From Ancylonema sp. (Eukaryota): a stretch of DNA of 20,000 bases. The notes beneath the pieces were generated by a model. It made no database searches. It was not told the origin of the DNA and saw only the letters and a list, made by a program, of their open reading frames with translations. Position numbers and translations under genes: made by a program. The stretch lies in NCBI GenBank assembly GCA_050230475.1, contig JBFLGF010000087.1:54995-74994 (forward strand). Direction: 5' to 3'. Positions 1 through 10,577 of the stretch are shown here, piece by piece. Position 1 is the first letter of the stretch; each line of letters begins with the position of its first letter.

Positions 1-701
1 TCAATCTCCACCTCCTTCTTCTTTGAGAAACTGCGCAGCTGGAGGGGGGGGAGAGGAAGCAGGCAGGGGAGTTGCAGTGTACGAAAGAAAGGGTCGGACA
101 AGTGTGGTGAAGCGGAAACAGGGAACAATCAGGGAGAGGTCAAGGTGACACAGGGTAAGAGATGGGGTGGTGGCTGTTTCTTCATCCGACAAAAATGTAT
201 GTTCAATTGTCAGAAATTGCATGTTGTATTGTCTGCATTCAACATACGCCAGTCCAGGGATACATGGAATGCAGGGGCACTCAGAGGTTGTTCCCTGGGA
301 GTTCGGACATCGGCGTAGCAGTTGAAGCAAGTTGTTTGGAAGCGGACTGATTTTTCGCCTGCAGTAAGTGGGTCGCCTGCCATCCTGTAAACTGATTCGA
401 TATAGGCACGTGGAACCTGGATGCATGTGACCTTGCCCTGCTGTAGGCAGGTCTTATGAAGAAATGAATACAGGAGGCGACCTTGTTTTATGCGCACCTG
501 ATGCAGGAGGGCATCCGGCTGGCCAGCCTCAAACGCCGCCCTGATATGCGGCCCAATATCTTCCCCATTAGCTATGCATGACGCCAGTGTAGCATCATCC
601 ACCACGAAATGCATGTTACCGTTCCCATTATCTTTGGATGAGACAATTGTTGACCGAAACCGGGTGGCCTGACGGGTAATTTGGGGCTGCGACGCGGCCA
701 T
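1..701 (-). CDS. SEC15: Exocyst complex component SEC15, 5' part: exon 1 701-498, intron 497-39, exon 2 from 38 running off the window
   Basis: ATG at 701. Exon 1 encodes ...LASCIANGEDIGPHIRAAFEAGQPDALLHQ, followed by a CAG|GTGCGC donor. A pyrimidine-rich CCCCCTCCAG acceptor precedes LRSFSKKKEVEI. This matches the plant SEC15 N-terminus as I recall it (I.NGEDLGPFVR..F..G.PE.LLH.L..F...KE.EIE). Confidence 0.9.
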
Positions 702-2070
702 TTTGTCGACTTAGGCGTCAGTAGTTGGGCGTCAATAAAATGTGAAGTGCGTTCATTGCCTACTTCTGCTGGCGCAATGCATCCCCAACGACGCACAGTA
801 GCCGAGCGATGGCAGCGCAGGCACACAAACTTACGGAACTGAACAATGCAGATATTCTGGTCCCGGCAAAGTTACCACGAAAAACTATGTCTGGTGTCCT
901 CACGGCTCCTTATGCATACACACTCATCAACAAGCTTGTGTGCTTTTACAAAGACGAGTGACAGTGGCGCAGCACACATCTATGCCTAGTTGAAAGTTGT
1001 GCAAAGACGAAAGTTGTCCGTATCTTTATCCTGTTACACTGTGGTTCTCGAGAGCGTTTTTTGCGGGATTCACTTCGGCAAGGGTTGGATTAATCCAGCC
1101 ACGTGTGGACTCGTTTACGGTAAGTACAGTTTACTTTGAAATCCCTTCATAAACTGGAAACTCTTACAGTAGAACTAACAGTACAGGTCAGTGAGGAAAA
1201 AACAGTTACTCTGCGTCACAAAACTTCTGCAACTCAGGATTACGACAAACGTCAGGAGCAGCCGTCTGAATCGGACGGTTTCCGGCGGTCCGACACCGAC
1301 ACCGTCCGGAAGTAGCCGGCCGGAAAGGTGTTCGGAAACCAGCTTCCCGCCTGTATTTCTCTGAGACCCAGGGTTGTGTCCCACCCGCCCGAATCAATCG
1401 GGTGCGGATAGACGGCTGGCCCACGCCCGCGGGAGGGGGATTGTCCAGCCATGGTGAGGGGGGTCCGCCCGCGGGAAAGAGATTTCCAGCCGCAGCTAGT
1501 AAAAGGACATAGCCACAGCTGGGAAGGTAGAAATCGGGTGGCTACTGTCTCGCATTATAAGCACATTATGTCGTTTTGGCCAACGACGCATATGTGTTTG
1601 TGTACCGTAATGACCGAATTTAATGTCCCACTTTTTATTAAGGTAATTATTTAACGATAACCCCTGAACCTGAAAAAAACCCAAAATACAAAAAATAAAT
1701 ATTAAAATCATACAAAAATCCAGAAACCGATGATTTTTTTAATTTTTTTTTAACATTTATAATTTCACGGCATATATTTGTATATATTTTATACAAATCA
1801 ATTGTTGAGCACGTTTTGCAAAATTTTGATTTGTGGTCTTGGCTTAATCTGTATCTCTGTAATCATGTATCCGGGCTATTTTCGGCAAAAACCCCGAGTG
1901 CCAACAGGATGCTTTACTGATCATCAGAATCGAAAAAAAAAATGTACCGCCTGCGCAGTAAGGCCGAGGTGATTGGCGTGGGTAATGATTATATGACGTA
2001 CTTATCAAGCGCTGTTTACATTCTTGTTTGACCGAGCCGCATTTAGGCATCAGCAGCCTGAGACGAAGTT

Positions 2071-3715
2071 ATGGCGAGAGTCGCATGTACACCATACACC
2101 ATGCATAAACTTGACGTGATAACGGGGTCTCCTTCGTTATTCGACAGCGCTTCCAGGAGCACCTACCGTGTATCGGGTACTGGTTTGCGTGTAGATGCCC
2201 GATGTGCCACACTTGGAGGCACCTCCGATTTTCCTTTCTCTGTCCGAAGTGATTTTTCTGGGAGCTTATTGGGCTTGAAAACTCCAATTTCCTACAGATG
2301 TAATTCGTCCGTCGGGTTACAGCATTCCACCAGACCTGACTATGCCTTACCTAGACCAATTACCAGATGCGATATCACTGAAGAGATCGACCGTGAGCAA
2401 CTTAAAGTTGCAGAACGGAGAAGAAAACCGTTAGAAGAGCTGTACAACATCAAAGTGGAGCGCCAGGTTTCAGAGGAGCGGCTTAAGGTGCCACGAAAGG
2501 GCATTGTGATGGGGAGAAAATTATAGAATCCTGAAGTCTGAACTCTTATCCGGCTGTCTTGCTGAATACTGGCTGGCTGAATGGAGACTGCGACTTTGAA
2601 GTAGTTGTTAATTTGGAGTGCAGCAAAATGTAACTCAGCAGTGCAGTCTGCAGGGCTTGCTCAGGTTGAGGATGTGGCCAACGTCATGAAGCAAGTTATG
2701 AAGAATCCCTGGACTTGAATAAATAGGCCGCATGTACCAGCCAACTTTTTGGATTCAGTTACCTCCAGGGATGCGTTGCTCCTGTCATTGGGCTTTGAAA
2801 AGTCAAATATGAATAACCGTATCCGGTACACCTCCTGGCAGGACCTTGGTACGGACTCTTGGTCTATATGGAAGACCCTTCCCTGCACCGATGTTTGGGA
2901 CTTCATGGTCAACGAACGGATCTTGGTCACTCAGGGAGCTTTACATGTGAAACCATTTGTGAGTAACTGACGCACTTTCTATCCAGGCTAAAACACTGAA
3001 TCAATACACGCCTTTGTTTTTGTCTATATCTGAGGTGATTATACACAGACGTCACAATGGCCGGTGTGGCATAATTTTTTCAGAGTGTTGGTCGGACTGA
3101 ACTGAATAGAATTTGTCATCAAATTTTGCGCCATGACACGTGCCGTGAGATTGTATATATATACCCACTACACTCACTATACTCATTACAGTCACTACAC
3201 TCACTGTACTCACTGTACCCACTATAGTCACAATACTCACAATACTCACTATAGTCACTACAATCGCTCCCTGTATCTAGTGCAACATAGCAGAGTTTAC
3301 GACTCAATTCACGTTTCCTATGTGTGTCGCCTCTTTCCGAATGCACTTGCCTTGTCGAATCCGAAAAGAGTATGAATGACAAGAGGGTGGTTGGTTGAAA
3401 TTTCAATCACGCTCACAAGTTGCTTCAGGGAAAAAACTAGACATCCATCTAAACTTGTGTGTTGTCATGTAGTCTGTACGTTGTGTGGGCAATGTGCACC
3501 TCTCTCTTCCTCCTTGTGGTACCTTTGTATGGATCTAGAATGTGTTGTACGTGATGTATTGCGAAGTGCACGAATTGATGCAGGAAGGGAGTCGGGAGAT
3601 AGTTCTACAAGCAGGCGATCTGGTTTTGTTCCCAAAATGGCTAGTGGTAGAAGTAGCTTACAGAGGCGAATACGAACAAAGGTACAAGTATTATGCATAT
3701 GGGGATGACATGTAG
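2071..3715 (+). CDS. PTAC18: PTAC18-like RmlC/cupin_3 protein, copy 1; exons 2071-2487, 2842-2958, 3584-3715; 221 aa
   Basis: Spliced product ...RRKPLEELYNIKVERQVSEERLK/DLGTDSWSIWKTLPCTDVWDFMVNERILVTQGALHVKPF/EGSREIVLQAGDLVLFPKWLVVEVAYRGEYEQRYKYYAYGDDM* matches the plant pTAC18 pattern (KPLEELYNV.VER.VS..RL..LGV..WS.WKT...AGDLV.YPKW...Y.ERY.F.AY.DD). Both introns are phase-0 GT-AG. The long S/T/R-rich N-terminus is consistent with a plastid transit peptide. Confidence 0.85.
3165..3262. repeat. 9-bp minisatellite (CACTATACT-like, ~11 units) in PTAC18 copy 1 intron 2
   Basis: Visible units cactacact/cactatact/cattacagt/cactgtact/cacaatact. They explain the spurious THY- and SEY-rich ORFs in the track. 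Confidence 0.9.
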
Positions 3716-5239
3716 CTTGTTTGCTTGCTTTTGGTAACAATTTAAATCGGTTATTGATTGCGTCATGTGGAGGACAAAGATGATTGTGATAATAACTATG
3801 GTGTGAGAGTGGGAGCCTATGATCCTAATGTCGACAAGATGACACATGGAATTGATTGGTCTGGTTTTCTAACAATCAATTTTCTTCATCTTTTCGACAC
3901 AAAATTCATTCGGCCTCTTGTTTGAAATATCAAACTGCATGGGCAGTATTTTTGCGAAGTAATTGCCGCCTCGACAATCCATACCTCAATTTTTTTTTGA
4001 TTAAAGGGTCGAAAACTCGGCGGAAAAGGATAAATAAAAGTTTTTAATTGATCAGAAAGTGCTTGCCTTTCTAGTCTGCCACATTGCCTCATTGGCATTT
4101 TTGGAGTTTGTGATCATATGTTATTCGGCTTGTTGTTGTTCAAAATTCTAATAATGGGAACACTTCTAGTCTCGTGAAGACCTCAAAATTAGTTACACAT
4201 GTTTGGATTATCTACATACCCGTTTACAATATACCCGTTTTTCATATACAATTGCGCAGAGGTGGGTAAATACATTTTTGAACACACATGAAAAGTGTTT
4301 TATGAGGTGAGGGGTGTGTGAGGTGTTCATGTGGTACGAGCATAATCCCACACACGCGGATTGGCACATGTGAGGCGGCATATGGTATTTAAAATAGTCT
4401 GTACGTTTGGGTAGAGGGGCCGTGTTCGTTAGAGCGATGGCATTGCACGTGTGGGTGTGCACGATGCTAAATAGCTATATCTAATATGGGAAATTGAAGA
4501 GGAAGCATCGTTGGGGGCTCTTTCGTGCTCGATTGCCACATCTTCCATATTTAGCACAAATACCAAATTCGCCACAACCGTAGTAAGTTCTGACGCGAAA
4601 CTACTTGCGCCAATACCGCCTGCACCAGTTCTTGATTGCAACCGGCGGCGCAATCCGCCATATAGGCACACGGTCATATATGGACCGACAATTAAAAAAA
4701 TACATTTTACACCGAATCTTTCCAATTGGATCACGGTTTAATCATTGTAGTTACCCTAATTCATTGGTCGAGGTTACATAATTTCAAAAAAAATCCTGTG
4801 CATCAATATCGCAGGGCTGTACGGTATGTTTATGTGGATGTTTTTAGCAAGAATTGTGGCGGGGGTATGGTAATAATCCCGACAAGTACGGGAGTAGTGG
4901 CATCGTTGTCACCGCGACACCGCAACAAGGTAGGTCGATGGTTCGTTTCCCATGTCCTCTTTCGGAGGCAAGGCATTTTTACGTCCATAAGTCCACTCCG
5001 CAAAAGGTAAACCCTAGCGGATCGCGTTTTATATCGCATAGACCGCGGTCTGCTGCTCTTGATTGCAGTCTCAAAACCACTTTCAGCGGCCCGCGCAACT
5101 AAACTCCCAGTGACTCTTACATGATAAGAATCTTTGAGAAGTTGAATTTTAATGTTTGTTGTAAACACCATCCAACAACTAGAGGCTCACATGCTCACCA
5201 CATCTTTTCCGTCATGCCTAAAGTAATCGTTTGTAACTT

Positions 5240-5707
5240 TACGCGTATTTACGCGTATTTACGTGTTCCGTTGTTTATAGCACAATTTTGCTTTTTTATC
5301 GAGTGCTTATAAAAAATTGTGCTTGTTTAGTTCCTTTCACGCGATTCCCTAGATGCGTGTCTTAGGGTGTGTTTAGCGTATACGAGACCCACTGCATTGT
5401 CCCCGTCCACGAATTGTTGATAGAGTTGTATTGTCTTGTCGACATCAACTCCATGCAGCTTAAATGTTGTCAGATCCATCAATATTTGTAATAGACATGA
5501 TGCATTCCTCCTCGTCACCTCACATCGGAAGTTATCGGTTAAGTCCTAGCTGTCACATATCTTTTACATATCCGATCCAAGATGGTGATGGTGTCTTTGT
5601 CAAGCACCACGTGTAGTCATCCATAAATCATGTCACATCCTTACAACTCGTACCTTTCGCTTCGAGTTACGCTTCTACGAATTCCGTGCTTGGCAAATCT
5701 GGTCCCT
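5240..5707 (-). pseudogene. Decayed tyrosine recombinase (XerC/D- or integrase-like), C-terminal part, copy 1
   Basis: The minus frame gives ...RKVRVVRM*...EVTRRNASCLLQILMDLTTFKLHGVDVDK...GLVYAKHTLRHASRE..., with HTLRH at 5371-5357 and a candidate catalytic Tyr (RKYA) at 5257-5255. Multiple stops and frameshifts; truncated upstream near the N at 5708. Confidence 0.5.
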
Positions 5708-5712
5708 NAACC

Positions 5713-6336
5713 GAATTCACATCAATATGCTTAATTACCCCAAATCTGGGGTAACCAATTATCAGTGATTCCCGAGGTCTGCAAGGACCGAATGAGGTCC
5801 TTGCACAGAAGGTACATGGTATGTAGTGTCCCGAGCCAGAGTAGCAAGCGAACCCCCACGAAGATAGCAATCTAATCACCGCCGCCTGAACGACATTTAG
5901 CCGACACGTTCAGGGAGGCTGACTTTGTCTTCTACACAATCACCGGCTTAACACATAGGCTAGATGATCGGTACTGTACCGTGTCCCACACTACACGTTA
6001 CTAAAACACTCAATCATTATTCTGGACCTGACCATTGTCGGTACAGTTCTCACTATTACGCCTTTCGCGTCTTGCCGTCTACGTATAATAACACTTAGTA
6101 TGGTGGATAAGCTTAACGTGACTCGGAGGTCAGACACCTCTGCCGCACGCGTCACCGACACGTGATCGTCTTCATGAACAGCGAGCGGTGGATGCGGCTA
6201 CGACCGCGGTGGTTGCCGCTCGCTATCATAGTGACCGGCGCCGTGGGTGGCGCGCATTCATTGTTTCATCATTGCGCCCGTACTTGATTGAATTACAATG
6301 ATTTTTCTAACACGTGCTAAATACCGACGTGAAATA
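5713..6336 (-). mobile_element. Solo-LTR-like remnant B1, truncated at one end
   Basis: Shares TTATCAGnnnTTCCCGAGGTCTG, flanking hairpins, GTAGCAA, AGCCGAC and the terminal GACGTGAAA(T/N)A with 10578-11062. On the minus strand it has a degenerate TATA/TGTA-like motif (CTACATACCATGTACC). Confidence 0.5.
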
Positions 6337-6337
6337 G

Positions 6338-6421
6338 AGGTACCCCCGCGGGTGCGTACCGTATTCCGTTCGACGTGAGGTATTCGTTCTACATGTTATA
6401 TTCCGTTATAGGCACAATTCA
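6338..6421 (+). mobile_element. Left inverted terminus (TIR-like), followed by TATAGGCAC subterminal motifs
   Basis: AGGTACCCCCGCGGGTGCGTACCGTA (6338-6363) is 24/26 identical to the reverse complement of 17172-17197. Similarity resumes at TATATTC..CGT(T)ATAGGCACA(A)TTCA. Confidence 0.7.
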
Positions 6422-7371
6422 GGATATAATTGTCCGTGCCTATTCCACTCTATATTGTACTATATAGGCACACGAGCTATTATGGACTGACACCGGTGAT
6501 AAAAGGCACGACACCCGCCATGGTCGGAAAATGCTCGCCGGGCGCAGTTGCGCTGGAACAGATGAGTTCCTTTGAGACAACAACGCACCATACGTCTCGA
6601 TGGTGATTCTTCTCTTTTGAAATAGAAAACTTATGCAACTCAAAATTACGACAAACGTTAGGAGCAGCGGTCTGAATCGGACGGTTTTCGGCGGTCTGAC
6701 ACCGACAACGTCCGGAAGTAGCCGGCCGGAAAGGTGTTCGGAAACCAGCTCCCCGCCTGTATTTCTCTGAGACCCAGGGTTGTGCCCCATCCGTCCGAAT
6801 CAATCGGGCGCGGGTGGGCGGTGGCCCACATCCGCGGGAGGGGGATTGTCCAGCCGTGGTGAGGGGGGTCCGTCCGCGGAAAAGAGATTGCCAGCTGCAG
6901 CTGGGAGGGTGGGAATCGGGTCGCTACTGTCTCGCATTATCAGCACATTACGTCGTTTTTATCAACGACGTATATGTGTTTGTGTACCGTTATGACCGAA
7001 TTTAATTACCCACTTTTTTTAAAGGTAATGATTCAACGATTACCCCTGAACCTGAAAAAAACCCGCAATACAAAAATGAATACAAAAATTTAAAAACTGA
7101 TGAAAAATAATAATTGTTATTTACCATTTATAATTTCCCGGTGTTCGTATATTTTATACAAATCAATTGTTGAGCACGATTTGCAAAAACCCCGAGTGCC
7201 CCAACAGGATGCTATACTGGTCATCAGAATCAAGTGGAACATTTTACCGCCTGCGCAGCAAGGCCGAGGTGATTGGCGTGGATAATGAATTCATGACTTA
7301 CTTACTCATGCGCTGTGTGCTCCGTCGACTGACCGTGCCGCAATCAGGCATCAGCAGCCCGAGACGAAGTT

Positions 7372-8972
7372 ATGGCGAGAGTCGCATGTACACCATACGC
7401 CACGCATAAACTTGATGTGCTAACGGGGTCTGCTTCGGTATTCGACAGCGCTTCCAGGAGCACCTACCGTGTACCGGGTGCTGGTTTGCGTGTAGATGCC
7501 CGCTGTGCCACACTTGGAGGCACCTCCGATTTTCCTTTCTCTGTCCGAAGTGATTTTTCTGGGAGCTTAGTGGGCTTGAACTCTCCAATCACCTACAGAT
7601 GTAATTCGTCCGTCGGGTTACAGCATTCCACCAGACCTGACTATGCCTTACCTAGACAAATTACCAGGTGCGATATCACTGAAGAGATCGACCGTGAGCA
7701 ACTTAAAGTTGCAGAGCGGAGAAGAAAACCGTTAGAAGAACTGTACAACATCAAAGTGGAGCGCCAAGTTTCAGAGCAGCGGCTTAAGGTGCCACGAAAG
7801 TGCATTGTGATGGGGAGAAAATTATATTATCCTGAAGTCTGAATTCTTATCCGGCTGTCTTGCTGAATACTAGCAGGCTGAATGGAGACTGCGACGTTGA
7901 AGTAGTTTCAAATACAGAGGCAAAATGTAACTCAGCGGTGCAGTCTGCAGGGCTTGCTCGGGTTGAGGATGTGGCCAACGTCACGAAGCAAGTCATGAAG
8001 AATTCCTGGACTTGAATGAACAGGCCGCTGGTACCAGCCAACTTTTTGGATCCAGTTACCTCCACGGATGCGTTGCTCTTGTCGTCGGGCTTTGACAAGT
8101 CAAATATGAATAATCGCATCGTGTACACTTCCTGGCAGGACCTTGGTACGGACTCTTGGTCTGTGTGGAAGACCCTTCCCTGCACTGATGTTTGGGACTT
8201 CATGGTCAACGAACGGATCCTGGTCACTCAAGGAGTTTTACATGTGAAACCATTTGTGAGTATTTGACGCGCTTTCTATCCACGCTGAAACACTGAATCA
8301 ATACTCGCCTTTGTCTTTGTCTATATCTGAAGGGATTGTACGCACACGTCACAGTGGCGAGTGTGGCACAATCTCTTCACAGTGTTGGTGGGAATTGAAT
8401 AGAGTTTGTCATCAAATATTGTGCCATGACACGTGCCGTAAGATTGTGTGTATATACTCACCACAATCACTATACTCACTGTACTCACTATAGTCACAAT
8501 ACTCACTATAGTCACTACAATCGCTTGCCGTATCCAATGCAACATAGCAGAGTTTACAACTCAATTCACGTTTCCTATGTGTATCGCCTATTTCCGATTG
8601 CACTTGCCTTATCGAAATCAAAAAGAGCGTGAATGACAAGAGGGTGGTCGGTCGAAAATTCAATCATACTCACAAGTTGCTTCTAGGAAAATACTAGACA
8701 TCCACCTAAACTTATGTGTTTTCTTGTGGTTTGTGCGTTGTGTGTGCAATGTGCACCTCTCTCTTCATCCTTGTGGTACCTTTGTATGGATCTAGAATGT
8801 GTTGTGTGTGATGTATTGCGAAGTGCTTGAATTGATGCAGGAAGGGAGTCGGGAGATAGTTTTGCAAGCAGGTGATCTGGTTTTGTTCCCAAAGTGGCTA
8901 GTGGTAGAAGTAGCTTACCAAGGCGAATACGAGCAAAGGCACAAGTATTACGCATATGGGGATGATATGTAG
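7372..8972 (+). CDS. PTAC18: PTAC18-like cupin protein, copy 2; exons 7372-7788, 8139-8255, 8841-8972; 221 aa
   Basis: Same exon sizes (417/117/132 nt) and splice positions as copy 1, with no stops or indels. Differences in the cupin exons are mostly synonymous (cta/ttg, ggc/ggt, aaa/aag, gaa/gag, tat/tac, gac/gat). Confidence 0.85.
8457..8519. repeat. 9-bp minisatellite (~7 units) in PTAC18 copy 2 intron 2
   Basis: Shorter version of the array at 3165-3262. Confidence 0.88.
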
Positions 8973-9509
8973 CTTTTTTGCTTGCTTTTGGTAACATTTT
9001 AAATCGGTTATTGATCGCCACATGTGGGGGACAAAGATGACCTGATGTAAGATGAGTGTGATGATAACAATGGTGGGAGAGTGGCAATAGATCGTGGGAA
9101 CCTATAATCTTATATGTCAACAAGATGACATACGGAATTGATTGGCGTGGTTTTATAGCAACAAATTTTGTTCATCTCTTGGACACAAAATTCATTGGTT
9201 CTTTCGTCTGTAATATAACATCTCTGCGTGGGCAATATTTTTTTGAAGTAACTCCCGCCTCGACAATCCATATCTCGATTATTTTTAGATAAAAGGGTCG
9301 AAACTTCGGCGGAAAAGGATGAAGAAAAGTTTTTAATTGATCAAAAAGTGTTTTCATCGTGCTCCAAGGCACGATGATAACCGTCACGACACTCACATGA
9401 TAAGTACCTTTGAGAAGTTGAATTTGAATGTTTGTTGTTAACACCATCCAACAACTAGAGGCTCACATGCTCAATACAACTCTTTCGTCATGCCTAGAGT
9501 AATCGTTTG

Positions 9510-10150
9510 TCACTTTACGCGCATTTGCGCGAATGTGCGCGTGTTCCGTTGTTTATGGCACAATTTTGTGATGCATATCGAGGGCTTGTAAACGATTGTG
9601 CTTGTTTAGTTCCTTTCGCGCCATTCCTCTGATGCGTGTCTTAGCGTGTGTTTAGCGCATACGAGACCCATTGCGTTGTCCTTGTCCACGAATTGGTGAT
9701 ATAGTTGTGCCGTCTTGTCGATATCAATTCCATGCAGCTTAAATGTTGTCAAATCCATCAATATTTGCAATAGACGTGATACATTCGTTCTCGTCACCTC
9801 ACATTAGAAGTGATCGAAGTTATAGCCGTCGCATGTCATTTCTAGATCCGATCCAAGATGGCGATGGTGTGTTTGGCAAGCACCTGGCGTAGCCATCTAT
9901 AAATCAGGTCACATCCTTACAACTCGTAGCTTCCACTCTTAGTTGCCCTTCCAAGAATTCCATGCTTTGCAAATCTTGCCCCTTTTAGTTAGCTGAATTC
10001 AAGTGTGTATTGTGCAAACTCTCCCCTCCCGGTTGTTGATTTCAGCTTGTCGTGAATTGTTGTGCGTGTGTGGTAACCTGACACTAACACTATTCCTGTT
10101 TATTGTGAAAAAATGTTTGACATTGTGTGTGCGTGTGCGTCCGGTTACTT
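9510..10150 (-). pseudogene. Decayed tyrosine recombinase catalytic domain, copy 2 (more complete)
   Basis: One minus frame interrupted by stops contains SRQAEINN (box-I-like RxxE, R at 10052-10050), WKGN*EWKLRVV, AKHTLRHA (9650-9636), KLCH (H at 9557-9555) and an aromatic residue 8 codons later (TTC here, TAC in copy 1). Confidence 0.55.
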
Positions 10151-10577
10151 GCACATCGCATCGTCAACACCCTTGCCGGCTCGCCATCGACTCGTCTGTA
10201 GCGTGTACACTGTTGCAGAGTGTATTGTGATTTTAACAACGCCCCTTTTACCAACGCCAGATGAGCACATCCGAGCTCAATATAGTGTTTCTTACCTATA
10301 CACGACTGTCGTGCCGTTTATCATCGGGACCATTCACACGTGTAACATACTCGATATCACAATCATCGTTGTAATGAGAGAAATGCACGTGCGAATTATG
10401 TGTCGTTGTACCACATGAAATGTCGTTATATCACAACTCAGCCTAGTCGAGGCTCGCGTCACGCACGTGCGCGTTAACCGTGAACCTACCACTCCGCCCA
10501 AAGCGAGTCTAGCACATGCTAAGATTTATTTTCTAGTATACCTATGGCAAGGGATTGCCAATGGCCTGAACGTAAAG

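Larger units (their letters stand above)
1220..5719. repeat. Segmental duplication, copy A1 (PTAC18 gene, flanks and YR fossil)
   Basis: Colinear with 6626-10001 at roughly 85-90% identity by eye. Carries an extra ~1 kb (about 4065-5080) and small indels relative to A2. Confidence 0.92.
6626..10001. repeat. Segmental duplication, copy A2
   Basis: Colinear with 1220-5719; lacks the ~1 kb A1-specific block. Confidence 0.92.

Noticed and set aside
2060..2125. SWIM-like YHVKFMHGVWCTCD on the minus strand
   Set aside because: It is the antisense shadow of PTAC18 exon 1, has no CxH continuation and is flanked by stops.
2716..2718. In-frame TGA (WT*) shared by both copies, suggesting selenocysteine or recoding
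   Set aside because: It lies in PTAC18 intron 1; the exon starts at 2842 (8139 in copy 2).
3052..3406. His/Thr/Tyr- and Ser/Glu/Cys-rich ORFs, or a CRISPR-like array
   Set aside because: These come from an intronic 9-bp minisatellite with no spacers.
5758..5765. CTGATAA as a hammerhead ribozyme core
   Set aside because: The core should be CUGANGA with a GAAA after stem II; neither copy has these.
6174..6229. SECIS-like ATGA-11nt-AA on the minus strand
   Set aside because: The 3' side lacks the NGAN needed for the GA quartet (it reads GTTC, and ATGA pairs with TCAT), and there is no upstream selenoprotein.
7167..7409. CKNPECPN ORF resembling a KDZ transposase CxC domain
   Set aside because: The first Cys is created by the GCAAAA indel junction, the frame is broken in A1, and it is the upstream region of PTAC18.
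10508..10537. Helitron 3' end (TAGCA..TGCTA hairpin followed by CTAG|T)
   Set aside because: The hairpin is only 5 bp and AT-rich, and I found no matching 5' TC end or Rep/Hel sequence.
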